Both the position numbers and the translations under genes were made by a program. From Zestosphaera tikiterensis (GTDB lineage Archaea > Thermoproteota > Thermoprotei_A > Sulfolobales > NBVN01), in NCBI GenBank assembly GCA_003056265.1, contig NBVN01000004.1, positions 412,037 through 444,036 of the forward strand: a stretch of 32,000 nucleotides of DNA. Reading direction: 5' to 3'. A model generated the notes under the pieces. That model ran no database searches. It was not told the origin of the DNA and saw only the letters and a list, made by a program, of their open reading frames with translations. How positions within the stretch are numbered: the stretch's first letter is position 1; every line of letters begins with the position of its first letter. Positions 25,111 through 32,000 of this stretch are shown here, one piece after another.

Positions 25111-25121
25111 TTTTTCTTTTT
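25111..25121 (+). terminator. Oligo-T archaeal terminator (TTTTTCTTTTT)
   Basis: 16 nt downstream of the TAA at 25093..25095. Confidence 0.6.
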
Positions 25122-25264
25122 AAATAAAAAACCCTCAACAAAGGTTTAAACTTAACTAACCTAGCGTTAAGTTTACTTGGTTTTACTAGTTTTAAGGGCA
25201 GATAAATCCTTAACTACTAGTAGCTTAGGGCTTGTTTTTTTAAACGATATAGCTGTAGAACTAG

Positions 25265-26146
25265 GTGGTGTGGGTTGGTATGGTTCGATGGTTTAAGGAT
25301 TTAACTAGGGTTAAGGCTGTAGGTGAGGCCTTCAGAAGTTTAGGGGTTGATGGTTGTTTAGCTTTTGAAGAGTTGGATAAGCAGTTAAGGGTCGTTAAAG
25401 ACTTAGTTGATTTATGCGGTGTTGCCCGCACTACGTACTTAATAACGGCTAACTCATTGGTGTCTTATATGCTTAGGTTTAGAGGTGAGGAGTTCTGGAG
25501 TCTCTTCAGGGAGTTTACGTTGAAACGTTGTAATTCGGTTAATGACTTTACAGAAGCTGTTGAGTTGGTTAAGGAGTTTACGAAGGCTTACAACAACTTA
25601 AGCCTAGAGTTTAAGTTAAGGAGGTTGGATAGCTTAATTAAGTGTAGGGAGTTGTTTAAACCTCTTGAGAAAGGTGATTTACGTTCGTACGTCGCTCAAG
25701 TAGCGAGGTGTTTATCTTCAGAACCCTACAGCAAAACCGTGGTGTTCTCAGCTAAGATGAGCTACTACGTGTTTAGAGTTGCTGGGTTGAAAGCATATTT
25801 AGAGGGTGTTAACATACCTGTAGATCGTAGAGTTTCTTTAATTACGTTAACTTCAGGCATGGTTAACGTAGGAACGCAAGCATACGGAGTTAAGGAGTTA
25901 ATGAACTACGTTGACGTTTTAATGAGGGAGCCGAAGCTGGTGGTGGAGGTCTGGAATGAGGTAAGTAAGGTTTCTGGAATACCTCCTATAGTTATAGACG
26001 CTCCGGTATGGATCGTAGGGGGTTATCTAAGCTTTAACATGGGTAGGGAGGAGATAGTTAAGGAGTTGATTAACTCCGGTTTAGGCGGGAGAGTCGACGT
26101 TAACGTACTTCGAAGGCTTATTCAGGAGTTAACGTATAAAACTTAG
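25265..26146 (+). CDS. Archaeal 8-oxoguanine DNA glycosylase (AGOG family N-glycosylase/DNA lyase)
   Basis: Colinear by eye with the remembered Pyrobaculum AGOG: SLVSYMLRFRGEEFW, KTVVFSAKMSYYVF, VNIPVDRRV, SGIPPIVIDAPVWIVGG. The start is GTG 25265 or ATG 25280. Confidence 0.85.
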   Translation: MVWVGMVRWFKDLTRVKAVGEAFRSLGVDGCLAFEELDKQLRVVKDLVDLCGVARTTYLITANSLVSYMLRFRGEEFWSLFREFTLKRCNSVNDFTEAVELVKEFTKAYNNLSLEFKLRRLDSLIKCRELFKPLEKGDLRSYVAQVARCLSSEPYSKTVVFSAKMSYYVFRVAGLKAYLEGVNIPVDRRVSLITLTSGMVNVGTQAYGVKELMNYVDVLMREPKLVVEVWNEVSKVSGIPPIVIDAPVWIVGGYLSFNMGREEIVKELINSGLGGRVDVNVLRRLIQELTYKT

Positions 26147-26184
26147 CTTATGTTTGAAGACTTCGTTATTCACTGACCGCTAGT

Positions 26185-27489
26185 CTACGGGTAGATCCTA
26201 CCCCTCCATCTCGGGAACGGTATCGCGTCTCTAATGTGTTCAAGGCCGGCTACCCACATAGTCAGTCTTTCAGTGCCTAAGCCGAAGCCTGAATGCGGGA
26301 CTGTGCCATACCTCCTTAAGTCTAGATACCATTCGTAGTCTTTAGGGTTGAGGCCTTCTTGAATTATTCTGTTGTAGAGTTTTTCATAGCTGTCCTCCCT
26401 TTGAGACCCGCCTATGATCTCCCCATATCCCTCAGGAGCGAGTAAATCAAAGCCTAAAACCACCTCAGGTCTGTTAGGGTCTTCCTTCATGTAGAATGCT
26501 TTAATCTTCTTCGGGAAGTGCGTTACGAAGAAGGGCCTGTCAAACTCCTCAGTCAGCGCTTTCTCCTCATCCGCGCCGTAGTCCTCCCCCCACTCTATCT
26601 TGAAGCCTTTCCTACGGAGGATCTCTATAGCTTCATCATAGGTTATCCTAGGGTAGGGGGTTTGCAACGCCGGCTCCAACTTCTTAACGTCTCTACCGAG
26701 GAACTCCAGCTCCTTACGTCTTTCCTCTAAAGTCTTACGTACAGCGTAGCTAACCATATCCTCAGCGACTTTCATTACGTCCTCCATATCGTACCAAGCC
26801 CCTTCAATCTCTAGGTGCCAATACTCGCTTAAGTGTCTTCTAGTTCTGGACTTCTCAGCTCTGAAGGAGGGGGTTAAAGACCAGACCTTATCTAACGAGT
26901 ATATGAGGACCTCCAAATAGAGTTGAGCTGATTGAGAGAGGTAGGCGGGTTTATCGAAGTACTTAACCTCAAAGAGGGTTGACCCACCCTCAACAGCCGA
27001 ACCAGTTAATATAGGAGGTGTTACCTCCCACCAACCGTTCCTAACTAACCACTCCTTAAGCGCTTGAAGTATTGTATGCCTTATCTTAAGTATGGCGGTC
27101 ATCTGCCTGGACCTAAGCCATAAATGCCTTATGTCGAGCAGGTACTCTATGTCCTCCCCACCCCTTATCGGGAATGGTGGTGCGTAACCGTAGATCACCA
27201 CGTTACTCGCTAGTATTTCCCTACCTCCAGGAGCTCGAGGGTCTTCCCTAATAACCCCTTTAACACCTATGCTGGATTCCCTACTTAGCCTCTCTATAGA
27301 CTCCCAGTCAACGTTGTTTAACACGCCCTTATCGAAAACAACCTGTACGATACCGCTTGAATCTCTTAACCAAGCGAAGATCTTACCGCCTACTTTAAAT
27401 ATCCTATGTATCCAACCACGTACGAAAACTTCAGAACCGACGTCATACCTTTCAAACACTTCATTAACGCTTACAGCTTCCTCACGCAT
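26185..27489 (-). CDS. asnS: Asparaginyl-tRNA synthetase (class IIb)
   Basis: 434 aa. An N-terminal OB domain, motif 2 FRAEKSRTRRHLSEYWHLEIE, GGSQRE, and motif 3 GFGLGTERL. Confidence 0.85.
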   Translation of the reverse strand: MREEAVSVNEVFERYDVGSEVFVRGWIHRIFKVGGKIFAWLRDSSGIVQVVFDKGVLNNVDWESIERLSRESSIGVKGVIREDPRAPGGREILASNVVIYGYAPPFPIRGGEDIEYLLDIRHLWLRSRQMTAILKIRHTILQALKEWLVRNGWWEVTPPILTGSAVEGGSTLFEVKYFDKPAYLSQSAQLYLEVLIYSLDKVWSLTPSFRAEKSRTRRHLSEYWHLEIEGAWYDMEDVMKVAEDMVSYAVRKTLEERRKELEFLGRDVKKLEPALQTPYPRITYDEAIEILRRKGFKIEWGEDYGADEEKALTEEFDRPFFVTHFPKKIKAFYMKEDPNRPEVVLGFDLLAPEGYGEIIGGSQREDSYEKLYNRIIQEGLNPKDYEWYLDLRRYGTVPHSGFGLGTERLTMWVAGLEHIRDAIPFPRWRGRIYP

Positions 27490-27780
27490 TAAACATACCC
27501 TAACTACTAAGACTATTAAAGAATTTAAAACGGTTTAAAACTTAATGACATAACCAACTTACTCCTTCTCAGACTCCCCGACGTAAGCCTTAACCCTTAT
27601 CCTACCGTTGCGACTTATAACTACCTTAATAGGGCATTCAATGGTTTTAGACCATGGTGTTCGAGTACTACAGCCTTAGAGAATGGATCGACGAAAGACT
27701 ACCTAAAGCTAAGCTTGAGGAATTAGGTCTTAAGTGGGTTGCTTACAGGGTTCTGGCTTCATCGTTTTTAATTACTTGCC

Positions 27781-27945
27781 TTCATCACCCCTATCTTTAC
27801 TCCACCCCCGCTTTTTGGGAGCCTAGCTTCACCACTTAACCCCTATCATTGCTCTGCTAGACTCCCTCAAGCGAGGGTAGGAGCTTCATCGAGTGTGGTT
27901 TCACCCTTATCTCCGTCTCCTCATCGAATCGTCCACACACCCTCA
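27781..27945. repeat. Copy B of the two-copy ~165-bp conserved non-coding element (candidate minus-strand ncRNA gene)
   Basis: Aligns to 54..217. A minus-strand TATATAAA lies at plus 27966..27973, 20 nt from the block edge. The element sits in a 714-bp gap without a convincing CDS. Confidence 0.85.
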
Positions 27946-28203
27946 AATAGAATTAAATAACAACATTTATATACCTTTACAACATTATCTATTAATTTTA
28001 AGGTGATGTAAAGCCTCCCCCACCGTTGAAAACCCTTCATCAACTCCAGATAAAAATTACCTAATCAAACACAAGCTTTAAAGATAGAGAGAAAAGAATC
28101 AAGAAATTATACAGAACAGATTAAGGCTTGAGGGGGAGGGCTTACTACCTGGTTAAAACATGTAAAACTAAAATCTATTTTTAAGTTAATTTAAGTTGAG
28201 CTT

Positions 28204-29778
28204 CTATACAGGCATTAAACCGTGTTTCTTAGGAGGCGTTCTAAACCTTACATCACGTTTAGTTAGTAAGTACTCGAGGGACTTCACCAATGTGGGTCTT
28301 GTTTCAGCAGGCTCTATGACGGCATCTATGTATCCTCTGGAAGCCGCTACGTATGGGTTAGCGATCTTCTGCCTGTATTCTTCGGTAAACTTAGCCATTA
28401 ATTGCTGCCTTTCCTCAGGTGTTTTAGCTTTAGCTAACTCAGCCCTCCATATAATCTCAGCAGCGCCTTCAGGACCCATGACGGCGATTTCCGCCGTAGG
28501 CCATGCGGCAACGAAGTCAGCTCCTAAATGTCTTGAAGCCATAGCTATGTAAGCACCTCCGTAAGCCTTCCTAACTATTACCGTTAGCTTAGGCACGGTT
28601 GCTTCGCTATATGCGTAAAGTACTTTAGCGCCATGCCTTATTATCCCGTTATGTTCTTGGAACGTGCCCGGTATATATCCTGGGACGTCCACGAAAGTTA
28701 TTATGGGTATGTTAAACGCGTCTAAAAACCTTACAAACCTAGCTATCTTATCTGAAGCGTTTATATCTAAAGCTCCGCTAAATACTGCTGGTTGATTAGC
28801 TATTACGCCGACAACCCAACCGTTTAGTCTGGCGAAACCCGTTATGGCGTTTTTAGCGTAGTCTTTAGAGACTTCGAAGAACGTTCCTCTATCGACTACG
28901 GAGTTTATCACGTCGTACATGTTATATGCTTTAAGCGGGTCTTCAGGGACTACCGTGTTTAGCTTTAGATCCGTTCTTAACGGGTCGTCACCCGTGTCCA
29001 CTCTAGGCGGTGCTTCCATGTTATTTGATGGGAGGTAACTTAAGAGTTTCTTAACCAACTCTATAGCTTCCTTATCGTCTTTAGCTATGAAGTGTGCTAC
29101 GCCGCTTTTACTTACGTGAACTAAAGGCCCTCCCAACTCCTCCTCAGTTACTTCCTCACCTATAGCTGCTTTAACCACTCTAGGACCGGTTATGAACATA
29201 TAGGAGGTTTTATCCACCATAATCACGAAATCCATTAACGCTGGCGAATAGACAGCCCCTCCAGCGCATGGACCCATAATGACGGCTATCTGCGGTACAA
29301 TGCCTGAAGCCATGACGTTCATGTAGAATATGTCTCCATAACCTTTAAGTGAGTCAACACCTTCTTGAATTCTAGCGCCTCCAGAATCGTTAAGGAAGAC
29401 TATCGGAGCGCCTATGGATACCGCGTACTGCATAGCCTTAACTATCTTCGCTGCGTGCATCTCACCTAAGGAACCGCCCATAAACGTGAAGTCTTGAGCT
29501 ATCCCCACTACAGGCCTGCCGCCAACCCTACCGAGACCCGTGACTACGCCATCACCGTAAGCTTTCCTTTCAGCCATGCCGAACTCCGTAGCTCTATGGG
29601 TAACTAAAGCGTCTATCTCAAGGAATGTGTTAGGGTCGAAGAGTAGGTCAAGCCTCTCCCTAGCGGTTAGCTTTCCTTTAGCGTGTTGAGCCTCAATAGC
29701 TTTTAACCCGCCTCCAAGCCTAGCCTCCTCAAGGCGTTTCTTAAGATCCGCTATCTTAGGAGGGTAAGCTACCTCCAC
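28204..29778 (-). CDS. pccB: Acyl-CoA carboxyltransferase subunit (propionyl/acetyl-CoA carboxylase beta or methylmalonyl-CoA decarboxylase alpha type)
   Basis: 524 aa. Two crotonase-like halves, DSGGARIQEGVDSLKGYGDIF, and a typical PccB length. Confidence 0.9.
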   Translation of the reverse strand: MEVAYPPKIADLKKRLEEARLGGGLKAIEAQHAKGKLTARERLDLLFDPNTFLEIDALVTHRATEFGMAERKAYGDGVVTGLGRVGGRPVVGIAQDFTFMGGSLGEMHAAKIVKAMQYAVSIGAPIVFLNDSGGARIQEGVDSLKGYGDIFYMNVMASGIVPQIAVIMGPCAGGAVYSPALMDFVIMVDKTSYMFITGPRVVKAAIGEEVTEEELGGPLVHVSKSGVAHFIAKDDKEAIELVKKLLSYLPSNNMEAPPRVDTGDDPLRTDLKLNTVVPEDPLKAYNMYDVINSVVDRGTFFEVSKDYAKNAITGFARLNGWVVGVIANQPAVFSGALDINASDKIARFVRFLDAFNIPIITFVDVPGYIPGTFQEHNGIIRHGAKVLYAYSEATVPKLTVIVRKAYGGAYIAMASRHLGADFVAAWPTAEIAVMGPEGAAEIIWRAELAKAKTPEERQQLMAKFTEEYRQKIANPYVAASRGYIDAVIEPAETRPTLVKSLEYLLTKRDVRFRTPPKKHGLMPV

Positions 29779-29903
29779 GTTTTATACACCTACTATAAAG
29801 GTTAGTGTAAGCCTTAAATATTTTAACCTCTGTTTAAAGAGTTTGAGGATAGCTTTACTTAAAGTTAAGCAAAAACCTTTTATACCAGTAATTATTAGTT
29901 TAA

Positions 29904-30368
29904 GTGGGTGTCACTATGAGTGTTAAATACATGGTTGAATTTGAGAACAGAAAGTATGAAGTTGAGGTTAGGGAGGAGTCTAGAGGAGCCTATAAAGTCT
30001 TGATAAACGGTAGGGAATACCTAGTTAGAGTTCATGAAAGCGGGGTAAGCACCGCGGTTCAAAGCGTTGAAGCCGTACCTCCGTCAAACTCCTCCTCATC
30101 AAGTGTTGAAGTACCTACGGTAACGGCACCGTCGACACCATCGGTTGTTGGGGCCGGTAACGTAATAATTTCTGAAATACCTGGTAAAGTCCTTAAAGTC
30201 TTGGTTAAGGAAGGAGATCGGGTTAGGGTTGGGGACACCGTAGTTACGATTGAATCTATGAAGATGGAGTTGGAGATTAAATCACCTAAAGACGGCGTAG
30301 TGGATAAAGTACTTGTAAAGCCTGGAGACTCTATAAACGTAGGGGATAAGCTCATAACCCTTAAGTAA
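29904..30368 (+). CDS. accB: Biotin carboxyl carrier protein (1.3S transcarboxylase-subunit-like architecture)
   Basis: An N-terminal small beta domain, a P/S/A-rich linker, and a biotinyl domain with ESMKMELEI. The start is GTG 29904 or ATG 29916. Confidence 0.85.
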   Translation: MGVTMSVKYMVEFENRKYEVEVREESRGAYKVLINGREYLVRVHESGVSTAVQSVEAVPPSNSSSSSVEVPTVTAPSTPSVVGAGNVIISEIPGKVLKVLVKEGDRVRVGDTVVTIESMKMELEIKSPKDGVVDKVLVKPGDSINVGDKLITLK

Positions 30369-30441
30369 TTAACTTCAGCCTAAGACGTTAAAGCTTGCGA
30401 ACTATAAAACACGCTTTAGCTACATACCTCAGCTTTCAACG

Positions 30442-30813
30442 TTAGATCTTCTCTATACCTACATACTTAGCTATTTCATAAATTATCGGAGGCCTCCATA
30501 ACTCCTTACCTAAAGACTTAATTATGCCGAAGATCCAAGCCACCAATATAACCAATCCGTAAATCCCCTGAAGTAAGCCGCTAATTAACCAACCAACAAA
30601 CGGTATTAAGTTTAAGACGGCTGTAACTATACCTAAAACTATAGCGCCTAAGACTATCGCTATAGTGAATGATATGGATAAATACGCCCAGTACTTGCTG
30701 TACCTATACGTAGGTTTTAAAGCCAACGCTATTATCGCCCCCACGATGAACCCCACCCAAGCGATGAAGCCCCAAATCTTCTCATCTTCAGATATTTCAG
30801 TCATGAACACCAC
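30442..30813 (-). CDS. Small membrane protein (123 aa, 3 TM), DUF4870-like
   Basis: The hydrophobic ORF has an N-terminal EDEKIWGFIAWVG segment. It also has a C-terminal GKELWRPPIIYEI segment. Both resemble that family as I recall it. Confidence 0.45.
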   Translation of the reverse strand: MVFMTEISEDEKIWGFIAWVGFIVGAIIALALKPTYRYSKYWAYLSISFTIAIVLGAIVLGIVTAVLNLIPFVGWLISGLLQGIYGLVILVAWIFGIIKSLGKELWRPPIIYEIAKYVGIEKI

Positions 30814-30941
30814 CTTAACAATCTCTGTAAATACTAATACGTATCTTAGCTTTAAATATATCTAAAACGTAGCGACGCTATAGCTTGAGTTTACCCTTGA
30901 CTTTACTTTCGAAGAAAAGGTTTTCATTTGTGAGGGCTTAT

Positions 30942-31628
30942 TCAGTAGGGTGTTGCTAATATGTATGCCGACACGGCTATCATGAGCGTTGAGCCAGCTA
31001 TTTTAACTATGGTTTGATGCTTAAGTAGCTTTTCTTGAATGTTCTTAACTTTTGTTATGCCTGTGAAAGCCGTTAAAATCAATATTAACGGGGTTATGAA
31101 AATCGCTACGTATATAGCTGTTAAAGCAAGCCATGTAAGTATGTCGTACTTCGCTGTGATTACGTTAAAAAGTATGTAAAGCCCAGCACTACATGGAAGT
31201 AGTGTAAACGCTGCTATAAAGCCCAGTAGGGAAACGATCGCTAGGTTAGCTATGGATTTCCTAGTGAGTTTTAAAGCGTTTATTAACCTACACTCAATTC
31301 TGTCCTCCCTACACACGAGTTCCTCATGGCTTAACCTAGCGGTAAGTAACGTATATGTAAGCGTAACTAACCCGTAAGCAAGGGTGGCTAAGCCGAGTAC
31401 GTACCTAGGTATGAAAACAGCTAGATACCTCAGTAGGAAACCGAAGGCTACGTAACCTACGTAAACAGACGTGATGAAAACAACACCAACTTTAAACACC
31501 CTACCCACGTTAGTTAGCGACGCCGATATAAGCATTGAAGTAAAGAGTGAGAAAATACATGGATCTATAGAATCAGCTAAAGCGGAAGGTATTATGAAAC
31601 CCATTATCAAATAGCTTAAGTTATCCAC
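30942..31628 (-). CDS. CcdA/DsbD-like thiol:disulfide electron-transfer membrane protein
   Basis: 228 aa with about 6 TM segments. Intramembrane Cys in DSIDPCIFS (TM1) and TLLPCSAGLY (TM4), the arrangement typical of the DsbD core. Confidence 0.65.
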   Translation of the reverse strand: MDNLSYLIMGFIIPSALADSIDPCIFSLFTSMLISASLTNVGRVFKVGVVFITSVYVGYVAFGFLLRYLAVFIPRYVLGLATLAYGLVTLTYTLLTARLSHEELVCREDRIECRLINALKLTRKSIANLAIVSLLGFIAAFTLLPCSAGLYILFNVITAKYDILTWLALTAIYVAIFITPLILILTAFTGITKVKNIQEKLLKHQTIVKIAGSTLMIAVSAYILATPY

Positions 31629-31683
31629 ACAGCCCCACCTAATATTTTAAGAGTGTGCTAAGAATATATATGAGGTGTGGGGA

Positions 31684-32000
31684 ATGCTTAAGAAAGCCTT
31701 CGGGTTGGTCTTAACGTTGTTGTTTACGATGGCGTTACTCACAACCCATGTAGTGATTCCTCAAACCTTAGATGGCTTAAGGTTAATTACCTTCGGTTCT
31801 CAATCATGCCCTCACTGCCGAGCACTACACGACTTCTTCAGTAAGAACTACGTAGGCATGTATACGTTCTTCTGGGTTGAGGATAAGGTCGGTTCAGAAC
31901 TTTTCGCGTATTTAGCTGGCGTTGAAGTTAGCTACGGACTCTCCACGAACTACGCGTACGCAGTACCTCAAACCCTCGTGTTAAGTGAGGGTAGAGCAGT
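31684..32000 (+). CDS. Secreted or membrane-anchored thioredoxin-fold protein with CPHC (partial; runs off the window end)
   Basis: Not in the ORF track because it is open-ended. ATG 31684, a signal-like MLKKAFGLVLTLLFTMALL, then ITFGSQSCPHCRALHDFF, and a later AVPQTLV (cis-Pro element). Confidence 0.7.
   Translation, partial: MLKKAFGLVLTLLFTMALLTTHVVIPQTLDGLRLITFGSQSCPHCRALHDFFSKNYVGMYTFFWVEDKVGSELFAYLAGVEVSYGLSTNYAYAVPQTLVLSEGRA

Noticed and set aside
25183-25240. Imperfect 14-bp hairpin (TACTAGTTTTAAGG / CCTTAACTACTAGTA) followed by T7, between the small basic gene and AGOG, as a small RNA
   Set aside because: A second or backup terminator, or AT-rich spacer structure, explains it most simply. 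There is no promoter-like element in front of it and no GC enrichment.
27654-27839. 61-aa ORF as a real protein gene
   Set aside because: Its C-terminal third is merely the plus strand of the conserved non-coding element. In copy A the equivalent frame has a different phase. There is no SD and no recognisable motif. It is kept only as an open question within the gap finding.
54-27945. The two direct repeats as att sites bounding a 27.7-kb integrated element
   Set aside because: The intervening DNA is ordinary housekeeping and metabolic content (AsnRS, pelota, SufS, fumarase and so on). It has no integrase, no viral or plasmid genes and no tRNA target. The repeats are also only about 85% identical over 165 bp, not exact short att cores.
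27781-27945. The repeated element as 5S rRNA, tRNA or split-tRNA half, SRP RNA, a CRISPR leader or a MITE
   Set aside because: No GTTCRAATC T-loop, no cloverleaf and no 7-nt anticodon loop. No 5S loop-E or helix pattern. No SRP helix-8 GGAA/AGCA motifs. No CRISPR repeats next to copy B. The termini (TTCATCACCCC... / ...CACACACCCTCA) are not inverted repeats, and no target-site duplication is visible.
1-32000. CRISPR arrays, rRNA genes, tRNA genes, IS elements or transposases anywhere in the window
   Set aside because: Scanning the intergenic regions on both strands showed no regularly spaced 24-37-bp repeats and no T-loop or cloverleaf signatures. No rRNA-like long GC-rich blocks and no transposase- or integrase-like ORFs were seen either.

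Overview
The window looks like a densely packed chromosomal core region from an archaeon. It is most likely a hyperthermophile-type crenarchaeon with about 43-45% GC by eye. The taxon call rests on gene content: AGOG-type 8-oxoG glycosylase, aPelota, ADP-forming acetyl-CoA synthetase, two-subunit class I fumarase, Tfx, an NfeD/stomatin pair, TATA-box promoters and many GTG/TTG starts. I support about 36 protein genes. From left to right they are: SufS-type cysteine desulfurase with a translationally coupled thioredoxin-fold protein; spermidine synthase; an Mrp/ApbC ATPase; a translin-like protein; a PLP-dependent ACC-deaminase homologue; a stand-alone Lrp RAM domain; two D-2-hydroxyacid dehydrogenases (one clearly glyoxylate reductase); an M50 protease; Tfx plus an HprK-like P-loop protein; a C4-dicarboxylate module (DASS transporter, malic enzyme, fumarase alpha and beta, a polytopic membrane protein); ACD alpha; a vapB with a decayed vapC; two small membrane proteins; pelota; NfeD protease plus stomatin; a SixA-like phosphatase; a small, very basic, strongly promoted protein; AGOG; AsnRS; a carboxyltransferase/BCCP divergent pair; and a DsbD-like membrane protein with a secreted CPHC thioredoxin. 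I found no rRNA, tRNA, CRISPR array, transposase or integrase, and no obvious defence island or novel multi-gene protein system. The least explained signals are non-coding. The main one is a ~165-bp element present twice (54..217 and 27781..27945, about 85% identical), each copy with a correctly spaced minus-strand TATA box and G.U-compatible substitutions, which I interpret as a candidate unannotated structured RNA family. There are also several GC-rich structured islands in unusually long gene-free gaps (1..461, 5043..5221, 22838..23182, 27490..28203). All product calls come from motif recognition by eye, and no searches were run.
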